A stretch of 64,000 bases of DNA, from contig DAORAL010000003.1 in assembly GCA_035344155.1 (NCBI GenBank), forward strand, positions 132,402 through 196,401, in the 5' to 3' direction. This document shows positions 9,719 to 18,728 of the stretch, one piece after another (the stretch's first letter is position 1; every line of letters begins with the position of its first letter). This DNA is from Phycisphaerae bacterium (GTDB lineage: Bacteria; Planctomycetota; Phycisphaerae; UBA1845). The position numbers and the translations under genes are program-made. The notes below the pieces were generated by a model. The model worked only from the letters and a program-made list of their open reading frames with translations. It was not told where the DNA came from and ran no database searches.

Positions 9719-11167
9719 ATGTCACAGATGCGACAAACCGCCGAGTCCGATCGAATTCCTTTTGCTCAGAAGCTGGCGTTTGGATTCGGGATGGCCACCC
9801 CGATCGCATTTGTAAACTCGGTCAACCAACTCACCAACCTTATCTACAACATCGCGCTCGGCGTCAGCCCCGTTTTGCTGGGCGTCGCTCAAATGATCCC
9901 GCGCCTTTGGGATGCGATTTCCGATCCGTTGGCTGGTTATCTTTCCGACAACACCCGAAGTCGATGGGGTCGAAGAAAACCGTACATCGTCATCGGCGGG
10001 ATCAGTGTTGCGCTGACGTACGTGCTCGTCTGGACGGTTCCCAGCGGGCTGAGTGAAAACGCTGTATTTGCTTACTACCTCGGGATGAGTTTGCTCTTTT
10101 ACACAGCCGTCACCGCCATGTCCGTCCCATTGGTTGCACTCGGTTGCGAAATGAGTGCGGACTATCACGAGCGGACTCGTCTCTTTGCATACGGAGGATT
10201 CATTGGCAACGTCTTTGCAATCCTGACGCCGTGGATGTACTGGCTCGCGACGCAACCCTATCTGTTCGACGACGAGGTCGAGGGGATGAAAGTTGTCGCG
10301 ATCTTTGTCGCTGGCATCATCCTGGCATCGGCGCTGGTCTCCGGAATTGTCTGCCGCGAACCAAAGATTGAGCAGGTTCGCAAGCAGCGGAAGATCAAGT
10401 TCTGGGCCAGCATCGCCGCGACGATGAAGAACAAGACGTACCTGCGCCTTATTGGCATCGTGTTCTGTGTGACTGCCGGTTTCAATCTCGTGAACAGTTT
10501 CGCCAACTACATCATGATTTACTACCTGTTCGACGGCGTGAAGGACAAGGCATCATTTATCATGGGCGTCAATGGAACCGCTTGGGCAATCGCCGCATTG
10601 ATCGCGGTTTTTCCAATGGCTTGGACAAGCAAACGCCTCGGCAAGGCGAAGACCGTGCAGATTTCCGCGTTGATTATGTTGATTGGGTGCCTCCTCAAGA
10701 TCGTCTGCTACAACCGTACTTATCCCTGGTTGACGTTGATTCCCACCGTGTTGATCGCGATCGGCATGCTCGTGTTGTACACGATGGCTGGCGCGATGAT
10801 CGCGGACATTTGCGACGAAGATGAACTGGAAAACGGCGTCCGGCGGGAAGGCAGCTACTCCGCGGTATACAGCTGGTGGCTGAAGTTCGCGGTGTCCACA
10901 GGAATTCTGATCGCGGGATTGTTGTTGGAATCAACGGGTTATACGAACGTCCTGGACCAACAGCACTCGTTGACACTGTTCTGGTTGCGGGCGTTTGAAA
11001 TCGGTTTGCCAGCGATCTTCTGCGCGATCGGATACCGCTTGTTGGCCAACTACCCGCTGACCGAAGACCGCGTTTACGAAATCAAAGAAGCGTTGGCCCG
11101 GCGGCATAAATTGGAAGATGCAGCCGAGGCTAATGGGCTTTCGGACAACCACACGACTGACGCGTGA
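9719..11167 (+). CDS. Glycoside-pentoside-hexuronide (GPH)/MFS sugar:cation symporter
   Basis: It is a 12-TM-like protein with QKLAFGFGM and DAISDPLAGYLSDNTRSRWGRRKPY (the MelB/GPH signature). Start taken at MSQMRQ, after the bglX stop. Confidence 0.85.
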   Translation: MSQMRQTAESDRIPFAQKLAFGFGMATPIAFVNSVNQLTNLIYNIALGVSPVLLGVAQMIPRLWDAISDPLAGYLSDNTRSRWGRRKPYIVIGGISVALTYVLVWTVPSGLSENAVFAYYLGMSLLFYTAVTAMSVPLVALGCEMSADYHERTRLFAYGGFIGNVFAILTPWMYWLATQPYLFDDEVEGMKVVAIFVAGIILASALVSGIVCREPKIEQVRKQRKIKFWASIAATMKNKTYLRLIGIVFCVTAGFNLVNSFANYIMIYYLFDGVKDKASFIMGVNGTAWAIAALIAVFPMAWTSKRLGKAKTVQISALIMLIGCLLKIVCYNRTYPWLTLIPTVLIAIGMLVLYTMAGAMIADICDEDELENGVRREGSYSAVYSWWLKFAVSTGILIAGLLLESTGYTNVLDQQHSLTLFWLRAFEIGLPAIFCAIGYRLLANYPLTEDRVYEIKEALARRHKLEDAAEANGLSDNHTTDA

Positions 11168-12146
11168 CGAGTTCGGGGCGCAGGGCGATGTGGCGTTTGG
11201 GCAGGGTGGGGTCGTCGAGGCGCTGACAGACCAGTTCGATTGCGGTCGCGCCCATCTCAGCCAGCGGAACGCGCACGGTGGTCAGTTGCGGGCGGGTCAT
11301 GCGGGCGATGCGCGTGTCGTCGAAACCCACCACCGCGATATCCCGAGGCACCCGCAGTTGCAGCGCGTGGGCCGCATCGATAAATCCGCAGGCCATCTCG
11401 TCGTTCGCCGCAAACACACAGTGCTTTTCACCCTTCCAGTTGGGCAGATGCTGAATCGCGAATGCGTACGCGGTGTCGTAGTCGTAGTCGAGGTGGTGCA
11501 CATCTTCGTTGCGAAATGGTGTACCCGTTTCGGCGAGGATTTCCTGATACGCCTTGAAACGTGCGATCGAGTCCATGTTCGTTTCCCAACCACCGACGAA
11601 GAAAATCCGCTTGGCATGGCAGGTGTTGATCAGGTGTCGCATCATCGCTGACGCGCCAGCCCGCTGGTCGATCACAACGCTGTCGTGCGATGTACCCGGT
11701 ACGTCGGTGTCGATCAGCACGAGCGGCAGGTGAAGGTCGGCCAACGCTTGCTCAATGTGGTCGGTGACTTCCGCAACCATGATCGCGATGCCGTCCATGA
11801 ACTGGCGCTGGCGCAAACTGCCGACGAGTCCGCGCGTATCCAGTGGATCGTGAGCCGACGACAACACGAGGCTGTACCCAAGCTCATGCGCCCGCAGATT
11901 CGCCCCACGGATGATCCCGGAATAAAACTCACCGTGCATGTCGGGCAGGACCAGACCGATCATCTCGCTCTTGCGAAGCATCAAGCCGCGGGCGAAGGCG
12001 TTGGGGTGGTAACCGAGTTCGCGGATGGCGGCTTCGACGCGCTCGCGCGTTTGTGCGTTGACCAGTGCGGGGCGGTTGATCGTGCGCGAAACGGTGCTGA
12101 TCGATACGTTTGCCCGAAGGGCGACGTCTGAGATTGAGGCGGCCAT
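11130..12146 (-). CDS. LacI-family transcriptional repressor
   Basis: It has the HTH SISDVALRANVSISTVSRTINRP and a periplasmic-binding-like core. GGAAGGAA lies 6 nt upstream of the ATG at 12146. Its 3' end overlaps the symporter by 38 nt. Confidence 0.9.
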   Translation of the reverse strand: MAASISDVALRANVSISTVSRTINRPALVNAQTRERVEAAIRELGYHPNAFARGLMLRKSEMIGLVLPDMHGEFYSGIIRGANLRAHELGYSLVLSSAHDPLDTRGLVGSLRQRQFMDGIAIMVAEVTDHIEQALADLHLPLVLIDTDVPGTSHDSVVIDQRAGASAMMRHLINTCHAKRIFFVGGWETNMDSIARFKAYQEILAETGTPFRNEDVHHLDYDYDTAYAFAIQHLPNWKGEKHCVFAANDEMACGFIDAAHALQLRVPRDIAVVGFDDTRIARMTRPQLTTVRVPLAEMGATAIELVCQRLDDPTLPKRHIALRPELVTRQSCGCPKAH

Positions 12147-12212
12147 GCCGTGTTCCTTCCTGAACCACTGGTCTGTTGACATAGCCAGCGGGCCCTAGTA
12201 TCTGCTGACAGG

Positions 12213-13619
12213 ATGAATCGTCAACACATGTTATCGTTGCTGATAGGAACGTCGGTGTTTGCGGCCAATCCTTCGCCCGACATTTTGCGGTCTGACGACA
12301 CGAAATCCGTTGCATCGTATCGTTTTTTGGGCGCGGACGAGAAGCTGCTCGACGACGTTCAGCGGGGTTGCTTCGAGTATCTCTGGCACGAAGTAAGACC
12401 GCCCGCATATGTGGTCAAGGATCGCAAGAAAGCGCCGGTCGCGAGCGTTGCAGCCGTCGGGTTTCAGCTTTCGGCGATACCGATCGGCGTCGAACGCGGT
12501 TGGATCACGCGCGACGAGGGAGAGACGCGGGCGCTGGCGATTCTCGATGCGCTGCTTGGTCGAGACGACAACCGCCATGAAGGCATCTTCCTGCATTTCG
12601 TTGATCTGGAAACTGCCGGCCTGTCGACGACTGCTTACGAAGTGCTCGCGAGCACGATCGATACGTCGCTGTTGCTGCCCGGCGCGATGACCGTGTCGGA
12701 ATATTTTGGCGGTAAGGTGCGTGAGCGTGCGGACCAGATGCTGCGTGAGGCGAACTGGCGCGCGTTTGTCGACAAGGCGAGCGGGCTGGTCTGCATGGGG
12801 TGGCGGCCCGACGATCGCAGCAAGATGAACGGTTCGGGTAAATATCACAAATCGCTGTGGCAACTGTCCAGCGCAGAAGAGCATCTGGTCTATTGGTTGG
12901 CGATTGGTTCACCGGTCGAAGCACACGCCGCCGATCCCAAGTCATACTACAAGCTTCGTCGCGAAATCAAGCAGCACGGCGACATGCAGCCGTACGTGGT
13001 GTCATGGAGTGGCACTTTGTTTCACTACTTCTTCGATCACTGCTGGATTGATTACCGATCGTTGGCGGCTGACAATCCCAAGGAATTTGGCGTTGACGCG
13101 CCGCGGGTGGATTGGTTTGAAAATTCGCGCCGGGCGGTCTTGACCCATCGGCAGCGATGCATCGAAGCCGCGAAGCAATTCAAGACGTTCGGTCCCAATG
13201 TGTGGGGGCAAAGCGCGTGCGACGGTCCGGACGGATACGCGGTGCCCCATGTCGGGCCCAACATCTCGAACGACGACAAGTGGTTCGGTGGAATTGTCGC
13301 GCCTTATGCCGCGGCATCGGCGATCATGTTCACACCGGAAGAAAGCATGGCCGCCATTCGCGAAATGCGATCGTTGAAAGATGAGAACGGAAATCCTTTG
13401 ATCTGGCGCGACCCGGCAAAGGGCGGATACGGGTTCGCCGACAGTTTCAATCTGGATCGCGGTTTTGTCAGCGACGATTACGTGGGTATCGATGAAGGGC
13501 CGATGATCCTGGCGATCGAGAACGCGCGGACGGGTTTGATCTGGCGGTTGTTCATGCAGCATCCAGCCAGTCAGCGGGCGGTTGGGCGGTTGAAGCTCTC
13601 AAAGGCGGCGGACCGTTAG
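12213..13619 (+). CDS. Secreted COG5368 'glucoamylase-like' protein (GH144/DUF3131-like, candidate endo-beta-1,2-glucanase)
   Basis: It has a signal peptide, the internal motif CFEYLWHEV, and the C-terminal motif DYVGIDEGPMILAIENARTGLIWRLFM, which is shared with the ORF at 16434..18728. Confidence 0.65.
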   Translation: MNRQHMLSLLIGTSVFAANPSPDILRSDDTKSVASYRFLGADEKLLDDVQRGCFEYLWHEVRPPAYVVKDRKKAPVASVAAVGFQLSAIPIGVERGWITRDEGETRALAILDALLGRDDNRHEGIFLHFVDLETAGLSTTAYEVLASTIDTSLLLPGAMTVSEYFGGKVRERADQMLREANWRAFVDKASGLVCMGWRPDDRSKMNGSGKYHKSLWQLSSAEEHLVYWLAIGSPVEAHAADPKSYYKLRREIKQHGDMQPYVVSWSGTLFHYFFDHCWIDYRSLAADNPKEFGVDAPRVDWFENSRRAVLTHRQRCIEAAKQFKTFGPNVWGQSACDGPDGYAVPHVGPNISNDDKWFGGIVAPYAAASAIMFTPEESMAAIREMRSLKDENGNPLIWRDPAKGGYGFADSFNLDRGFVSDDYVGIDEGPMILAIENARTGLIWRLFMQHPASQRAVGRLKLSKAADR

Positions 13620-13805
13620 CGATTGAAACGTTGACGGTAGTTCGCATAATCAGGGCATATGCATTCGGGCCAAAGCATTAACGGAACACAAGTTAAGGGC
13701 CAATTCGGGGTGACCTGCCCGAGCGGGTTTGCGTGGAGACGGTTATAGGACGCCATCTTGCGATAGCGAGTTTGCGATTGATCGTATCCGGCGGATGGGT
13801 TAGGA

Positions 13806-13819
13806 TGAAAGCGCTTTCA
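13806..13819. promoter_or_regulatory. Perfect LacI/CcpA-type operator TGAAAGCGCTTTCA
   Basis: Perfect 14-bp palindrome 113 nt upstream of the GH94 start. Confidence 0.75.
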
Positions 13820-13931
13820 GTATGCCCAGCGATGGGGCGGCAGAAACCTCGATCCACCTCGCTTCAACTGACGTTGCGACGGGCGGTTTCGATTTGGGTT
13901 TGGGAGACCCGCCTCGGAAAGGATCCGTTCC

Positions 13932-16355
13932 ATGACCATTGCAACAACCCCGCATTCCCATCTGGGCGGTGCGGTTGATTTGAAAAATCTCTTGCCCAAT
14001 CGATACGGTCATTTTTCACCCGATGGTCGGGAATACCAGATCACCGACTGGCGCACACCGCGCCCATGGGTCAACATCATCGGCAACACGCGGCAGGGGT
14101 TGGCCGTCAGTCAAACCGGCAGCGGTTTCAGTTGGATCGACAACTCGCAACTCGGCGTCATCACCCGTTGGCAGCAGGAATTCGTTCAGGATTCGTCCGG
14201 CAAGTTCCTTTACGTGCGCGATGCAGACAAGAAAGATGTGTGGTCGCTCGCGCCCGCACCATGTTGGCCGGCGTATGACGAGTTCCTCTGTCGTCACGGA
14301 CTCGGCTACACCGTTTTTGAAACCACGATCAAAGGCATCAACGCAAAGTGGACGCTGTGGGTCGATCCGGTCACGACGGCTGAGCTTTGGCTGGTCGAGT
14401 TAAAGAATCTTTCCGATGGTCCGCGACGACTCGAGTTGTGCGGGGCGCTGGAGTGGAATTGTGGTGTCGCACCGTCGCCGCGCCGCGAGTTCCACAAGCT
14501 CTTTCTCGAAACGCATTACGACCTGGACCGCCGCGCAATCATCGCCCGCAACCACATGTGGGAAGTGAATCACAAAAAGTATGGCCACTGGAATCGCCCC
14601 TGGCCTTTTGTTGCTGCGTTTTCCGCGACCGAACCCGTGCAAGCCGCACAAGGCGACAAAGCTGAGTTCGCCGGGCGCTATCGCGGGATGGACAAACCGG
14701 CAGCGCTTGAAGCCAACAACTGGCAGCCGCGTTTCGGACGGCATCAGGATCCGATCGGGGCGCTGCGCTGTGAGGTTGAACTTCGCGGCGGCGAGTCGCG
14801 CACGATGGGCTTCGTGATTGCGGCGGCTGACGATGACGATGCGTTGGCGAATGTGCTCAAGCAGTTTGAATCGTGCGACGCGATCGCCAATTCGCTCGAA
14901 AGCGTGAAGCAGGATTGGGTCGAGCGGTTGTCGGAGCATCGCATCGAAACGCCCGATCCCAGCATCGATCTGTTGACCAACGATTGGCTGCGCTATCAAG
15001 CGATCGTCGGGCGCATGTGGGGGCGCGGTGGATATTATCAGCAGAGCGGGGCGTATGGTTTCCGCGATCAGTTGCAGGATTCGCAGGTCTGGCTGACGAT
15101 CGATCCGGAGAAGTGTCGCGAGCAAATCAACCTGCACGCGTCACATCAGTTCAAAGATGGATCGGTGTATCACTGGTGGCATCCGCTTAGTGAAGACGGT
15201 TTGATCACGACGATGACGGATGACCTGCTGTGGCTGGCGTTTGTGTCGGCCAACTACATCCGCGAAACTGGCGATGTTTCGATCCTCTGCGACGAAACGC
15301 CGTTTCTCGATGACAAGAATCCCGCAACGCTTCGCGAGCACGTGTTCCGTGCGTTCGAGCGCGTTTTTCGCAGGACGAGTCCGCGCGGTTTGCCGTACAT
15401 CGGCGCCGGCGATTGGAACGATGGATTGAGTGCGGCTGGCTTGCAGGAAAAAGGCGAGTCGATTTGGCTTGGGCATTTCTTTGCGGGCATCCTTGGTGAC
15501 TGGGCGCACATCCTGACGTCATTGGGCGAGCAGGATGAGGCCAACGTGCTCCGGCAGCGTCGGGCGAAGTTGGTTGCGGCGATTAATGAACACGGGTGGG
15601 ATGGCGAATGGTATTCACGCGCGACGCTCGACGACGGTTCCAAACTCGGTAGCGCCGAATGCGATGCCGGTAAGATTTTCCTCAACGCGCAGACCTGGGC
15701 GATCCTCAACAACATCGCCGATGCACCGCGGGCCGAGCAGTGTTGGAAAGCTGTCTGCGAAAACCTCGTCAGCGAAGCCGGCGCGTTGCTGTTGGCACCT
15801 GCATTCACCAAGCCGGCAGAGCAGATCGGTTACATCACCCGTTATGCACCGGGGCTCCGTGAGAATGGCGGGGTCTATACGCACGCGGCGACCTGGGCGA
15901 TCGCAGCCGCTGCAAAGATGCGCGATCACGAAACGCTTGGGCAACTGCTAACTGCGATCAATCCGACCAACAAGGATCCGGAGCGTTACTGGGCTGAGCC
16001 TTACGTGACGCCGGGCAATGTGGACGGACCCCTTTCGCCGAACTTCGGCCGCGGTGGTTGGACGTGGTACACCGGATCAGCGGCTTGGCTCCACCGGGTG
16101 ATTTGCGAGTGGGTGCTTGGCGTGCGTCCGACCTGGGAAGGGTTGCTCGTCGATCCGTGTATGCCGAAGGGTTGGACGACCGCGAAGATCACGCGCCCCT
16201 ATCGCGGCAACGTATACGACATACAAATCGACGTGACGAATCAAAACGGCAAGCAAGCGAAGTTGACGCTCGACGGCAAAGAGATTTCCGGAAATGTGAT
16301 CCCGCCAACGAAGGTGACGGGTCAGCGACACCAAGTCAAATTGCAATACGTGTAG
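13932..16355 (+). CDS. GH94 glycoside (beta-glucoside disaccharide/oligosaccharide) phosphorylase
   Basis: 807 aa. The N-terminus reads YGHFSPDGREYQITDWRTPRPWVNIIGN. GYYQQSGAYGFRDQLQD and the GGVYTHAATW catalytic region are present. Its size matches cellobiose-phosphorylase-type members. Confidence 0.85.
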   Translation: MTIATTPHSHLGGAVDLKNLLPNRYGHFSPDGREYQITDWRTPRPWVNIIGNTRQGLAVSQTGSGFSWIDNSQLGVITRWQQEFVQDSSGKFLYVRDADKKDVWSLAPAPCWPAYDEFLCRHGLGYTVFETTIKGINAKWTLWVDPVTTAELWLVELKNLSDGPRRLELCGALEWNCGVAPSPRREFHKLFLETHYDLDRRAIIARNHMWEVNHKKYGHWNRPWPFVAAFSATEPVQAAQGDKAEFAGRYRGMDKPAALEANNWQPRFGRHQDPIGALRCEVELRGGESRTMGFVIAAADDDDALANVLKQFESCDAIANSLESVKQDWVERLSEHRIETPDPSIDLLTNDWLRYQAIVGRMWGRGGYYQQSGAYGFRDQLQDSQVWLTIDPEKCREQINLHASHQFKDGSVYHWWHPLSEDGLITTMTDDLLWLAFVSANYIRETGDVSILCDETPFLDDKNPATLREHVFRAFERVFRRTSPRGLPYIGAGDWNDGLSAAGLQEKGESIWLGHFFAGILGDWAHILTSLGEQDEANVLRQRRAKLVAAINEHGWDGEWYSRATLDDGSKLGSAECDAGKIFLNAQTWAILNNIADAPRAEQCWKAVCENLVSEAGALLLAPAFTKPAEQIGYITRYAPGLRENGGVYTHAATWAIAAAAKMRDHETLGQLLTAINPTNKDPERYWAEPYVTPGNVDGPLSPNFGRGGWTWYTGSAAWLHRVICEWVLGVRPTWEGLLVDPCMPKGWTTAKITRPYRGNVYDIQIDVTNQNGKQAKLTLDGKEISGNVIPPTKVTGQRHQVKLQYV

Positions 16356-16361
16356 TTGTCG

Positions 16362-16378
16362 GGTGGGCCATGCCCACC
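16362..16378. repeat. REP-like hairpin GGTGGGC-CAT-GCCCACC right after the GH94 stop
   Basis: 7-bp perfect stem with a 3-nt loop. A second copy lies 55 nt away. Confidence 0.75.
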
Positions 16379-16416
16379 ATGTCGTTGGCGTTTGAGAATG
16401 TTGGCAATCAAACGGC

Positions 16417-16433
16417 GGTGGGCACGGCCCACC
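16417..16433. repeat. REP-like hairpin GGTGGGC-ACG-GCCCACC abutting the stop of the minus-strand gene
   Basis: It has the same 7-bp arms as the hairpin at 16362 and ends 1 nt before the stop codon at 16434..16436. Confidence 0.75.
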
Positions 16434-18728
16434 CTACGGTGTGTCGTATAGCGTGATGAAGGTTACCGCATCGTAAAGATCGACGTCCCCATCATTGTCC
16501 AGATCCGAATCGGCGAATTCGCCGGCAGAGCATCCGGCGGGCGGCGTCGTCGTGTTGGGCCCACCAATACACTCGGCAAACACCGCGTAGTCCGCACCAT
16601 CGATGTCGCCATCGGTGTCGAAGTCCACTTCAAAGTACATCCCGATCGCCGTCATCATCGGGCGAATCTCGGGGTTGGACATGAAAACCCGCCAGCACAA
16701 ACCGGTGCGGTAGTTTTCGATCATCGGCGCGATGGGCCCCTGGTCGATCGCGATGTAACCCGGTGCGATCCAATTCTCACCGGGATGGTACGCGTCATAG
16801 AAGCCGGCTGGTCCGAGCAGCGATGACCCGTAGGTGTCGTAGAAGTATCGCATTGTCGCCAATGATTCTTCCGGCGTGTATGGCGTGGCGCTCGCAGCCG
16901 CTGTCGGTGAAATCGTTCCGTTGTCGTTGGTCGGTGAGTGAGCGCTGTACCCGAACGGATCGAAGCTTGCGGTCAAGCCCCATCCGAACGCATTGTACCC
17001 GACGAAGTCGTTGGGGTTGTCGATCGCGTATTCGCGATGAAGCAGGGAGATGTTGCGGGCGTTCTCGAAATAGTTGGTGTGGCTGTCACGCTTGTATCGT
17101 GGGTCGAAACCGAGATTGGAATAGTGCGTGAAGAACAGCGGTCCGCCGCCGATCGGTCCAACATCCTGCGTGATACCGTAGAACGTGTTGCCATTGTCAT
17201 ACCCGCCGACGCCTGCCCAGCCCGACGTATACGCCGCTGCCGGCATGGGGTGGGTCGGTGATGCAACCGCGAGCAGGTACACCATCATCGCCTCATTGTA
17301 GCCGCGCACCTGATGATTCAGCGCGAAATCAAAATCGGGCGACCAGTGCCAGTACAAGATATTGCTGCCCGGGAAGCGGCGATACCAATCCCATTCGACG
17401 CCTTCCCACATGCTCGTCGCCCGCGAACGAATCTCAACTTCAACCGGATCGACCGGATCATCGAAGTACTGGCGAACGGACAAAATGCCTTCGACGAGAA
17501 ATGCCGTCTCGACCAGGTCGCCACCGTTGTCCATCGCGCCTGCGAATGCAATGGTTGCACCGGTGACGCCGTTGTAGTGATGCGACCATGCACCGTGATA
17601 TCGCGGTGTTGTGTCTTCAAGGAACGTGAGGATTTGAAGGACGCGGGCTGCGATGTCGGCGCGGGTTTCGTATCCGCGTTCAGCCCCAACGATGAACGTG
17701 ATCAAACCCATTCCAGTGCCACCAGTTGTCACTGTGTTGAGCGAATGGCCCATGTTGATGCCTTCGCGGGCCAACCCGCAATTGGGATGACCGAAGTTCC
17801 AGAAATAACGGAAGTGGCTTTCCTGGATCAGGTCAAGCAGGGCGTCATCGGTCAGTCCGTTGTAGGCGGCTTCGACCACCGTGCTGTTGGCCAACTCGTT
17901 ACCACCGACTTGCGTGGCGACGTAGTAATAGCCGGTCGGTGCGCCCGGTCCGACGTTGTCGCGGTAGCTGGTGGTGGTCAGCGGTGGGCCATTGAGTTTA
18001 ACGAATGGTCCGCCGACATTGTCGCCGCGGTAGACGTTGTAGCCGTCAAGCCCGGGTTCATCCGACGCATTCCACGCGAGGTCGACATGGTCTTCGAATG
18101 CGACCAATGCGAGTTCGCTTGGTTGTGGTGGGTCTTGCGGATTCCGCAGTCGCATGTTGTCGACGAAAACCGTTCCGGTTGAGCCGGCTAAGTTCTCAAA
18201 GACGAACGCGAAGATGTCATTCAAGCCGGTTTGCGATCGGTTTGAAACGTCGAGTGAAACCGTAGTCCACACGTCGGCTGTGATTGGAAGTGACGTGGCT
18301 TGTTGCCAGTTGTCGGGCGGGTTCCAGGATGGACTCCACACGCCCATGATGCCGGGGATCATTGACGGGGTAACCGCGTAAACGTCTACGAGCAACTCAT
18401 CGTTGCCATCGAGGTCATACGTGGTTGAAGACCAGTTGTGGCGAATCTCGAACTTGCCGTCGAGTTCGTTGACGAGGTCCAACCGCAGCATGAATCCGCC
18501 ATCGGTCGCAGTCGGTGCGCCCCCGGTGCCCGACGCGACGATCGAAAGAGACAAGCCGGCATCACCCGCATTGGGCGTGACGGTGAGGTCGGTTTCAGAG
18601 GGTTCGTAGCTGGCCAGCGGCGTGAAGATGTCGGCGCGTGCGAATGTCGTGAAAATCGCCAAGACGCATCCGACCAACGGGACGAGGCGCGCGTGATGCC
18701 GTGTTGAAGTGTTTATGATTCCATGCAT
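16434..18728 (-). CDS. Secreted multidomain COG5368/GH144-like glycosidase with N-terminal CBM/FN3-like region and C-terminal dockerin-like module
   Basis: It has a signal peptide and the motifs FRYFWNFGHP, GWGLTASFDP and YIAIDQGPIAPMIENYRTGLCWRVFM. The tail reads DFDTDGDIDGADYAVFAECIGGP...DLDNDGDVDLYDAVTF. Confidence 0.7.
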   Translation of the reverse strand: MHGIINTSTRHHARLVPLVGCVLAIFTTFARADIFTPLASYEPSETDLTVTPNAGDAGLSLSIVASGTGGAPTATDGGFMLRLDLVNELDGKFEIRHNWSSTTYDLDGNDELLVDVYAVTPSMIPGIMGVWSPSWNPPDNWQQATSLPITADVWTTVSLDVSNRSQTGLNDIFAFVFENLAGSTGTVFVDNMRLRNPQDPPQPSELALVAFEDHVDLAWNASDEPGLDGYNVYRGDNVGGPFVKLNGPPLTTTSYRDNVGPGAPTGYYYVATQVGGNELANSTVVEAAYNGLTDDALLDLIQESHFRYFWNFGHPNCGLAREGINMGHSLNTVTTGGTGMGLITFIVGAERGYETRADIAARVLQILTFLEDTTPRYHGAWSHHYNGVTGATIAFAGAMDNGGDLVETAFLVEGILSVRQYFDDPVDPVEVEIRSRATSMWEGVEWDWYRRFPGSNILYWHWSPDFDFALNHQVRGYNEAMMVYLLAVASPTHPMPAAAYTSGWAGVGGYDNGNTFYGITQDVGPIGGGPLFFTHYSNLGFDPRYKRDSHTNYFENARNISLLHREYAIDNPNDFVGYNAFGWGLTASFDPFGYSAHSPTNDNGTISPTAAASATPYTPEESLATMRYFYDTYGSSLLGPAGFYDAYHPGENWIAPGYIAIDQGPIAPMIENYRTGLCWRVFMSNPEIRPMMTAIGMYFEVDFDTDGDIDGADYAVFAECIGGPNTTTPPAGCSAGEFADSDLDNDGDVDLYDAVTFITLYDTP

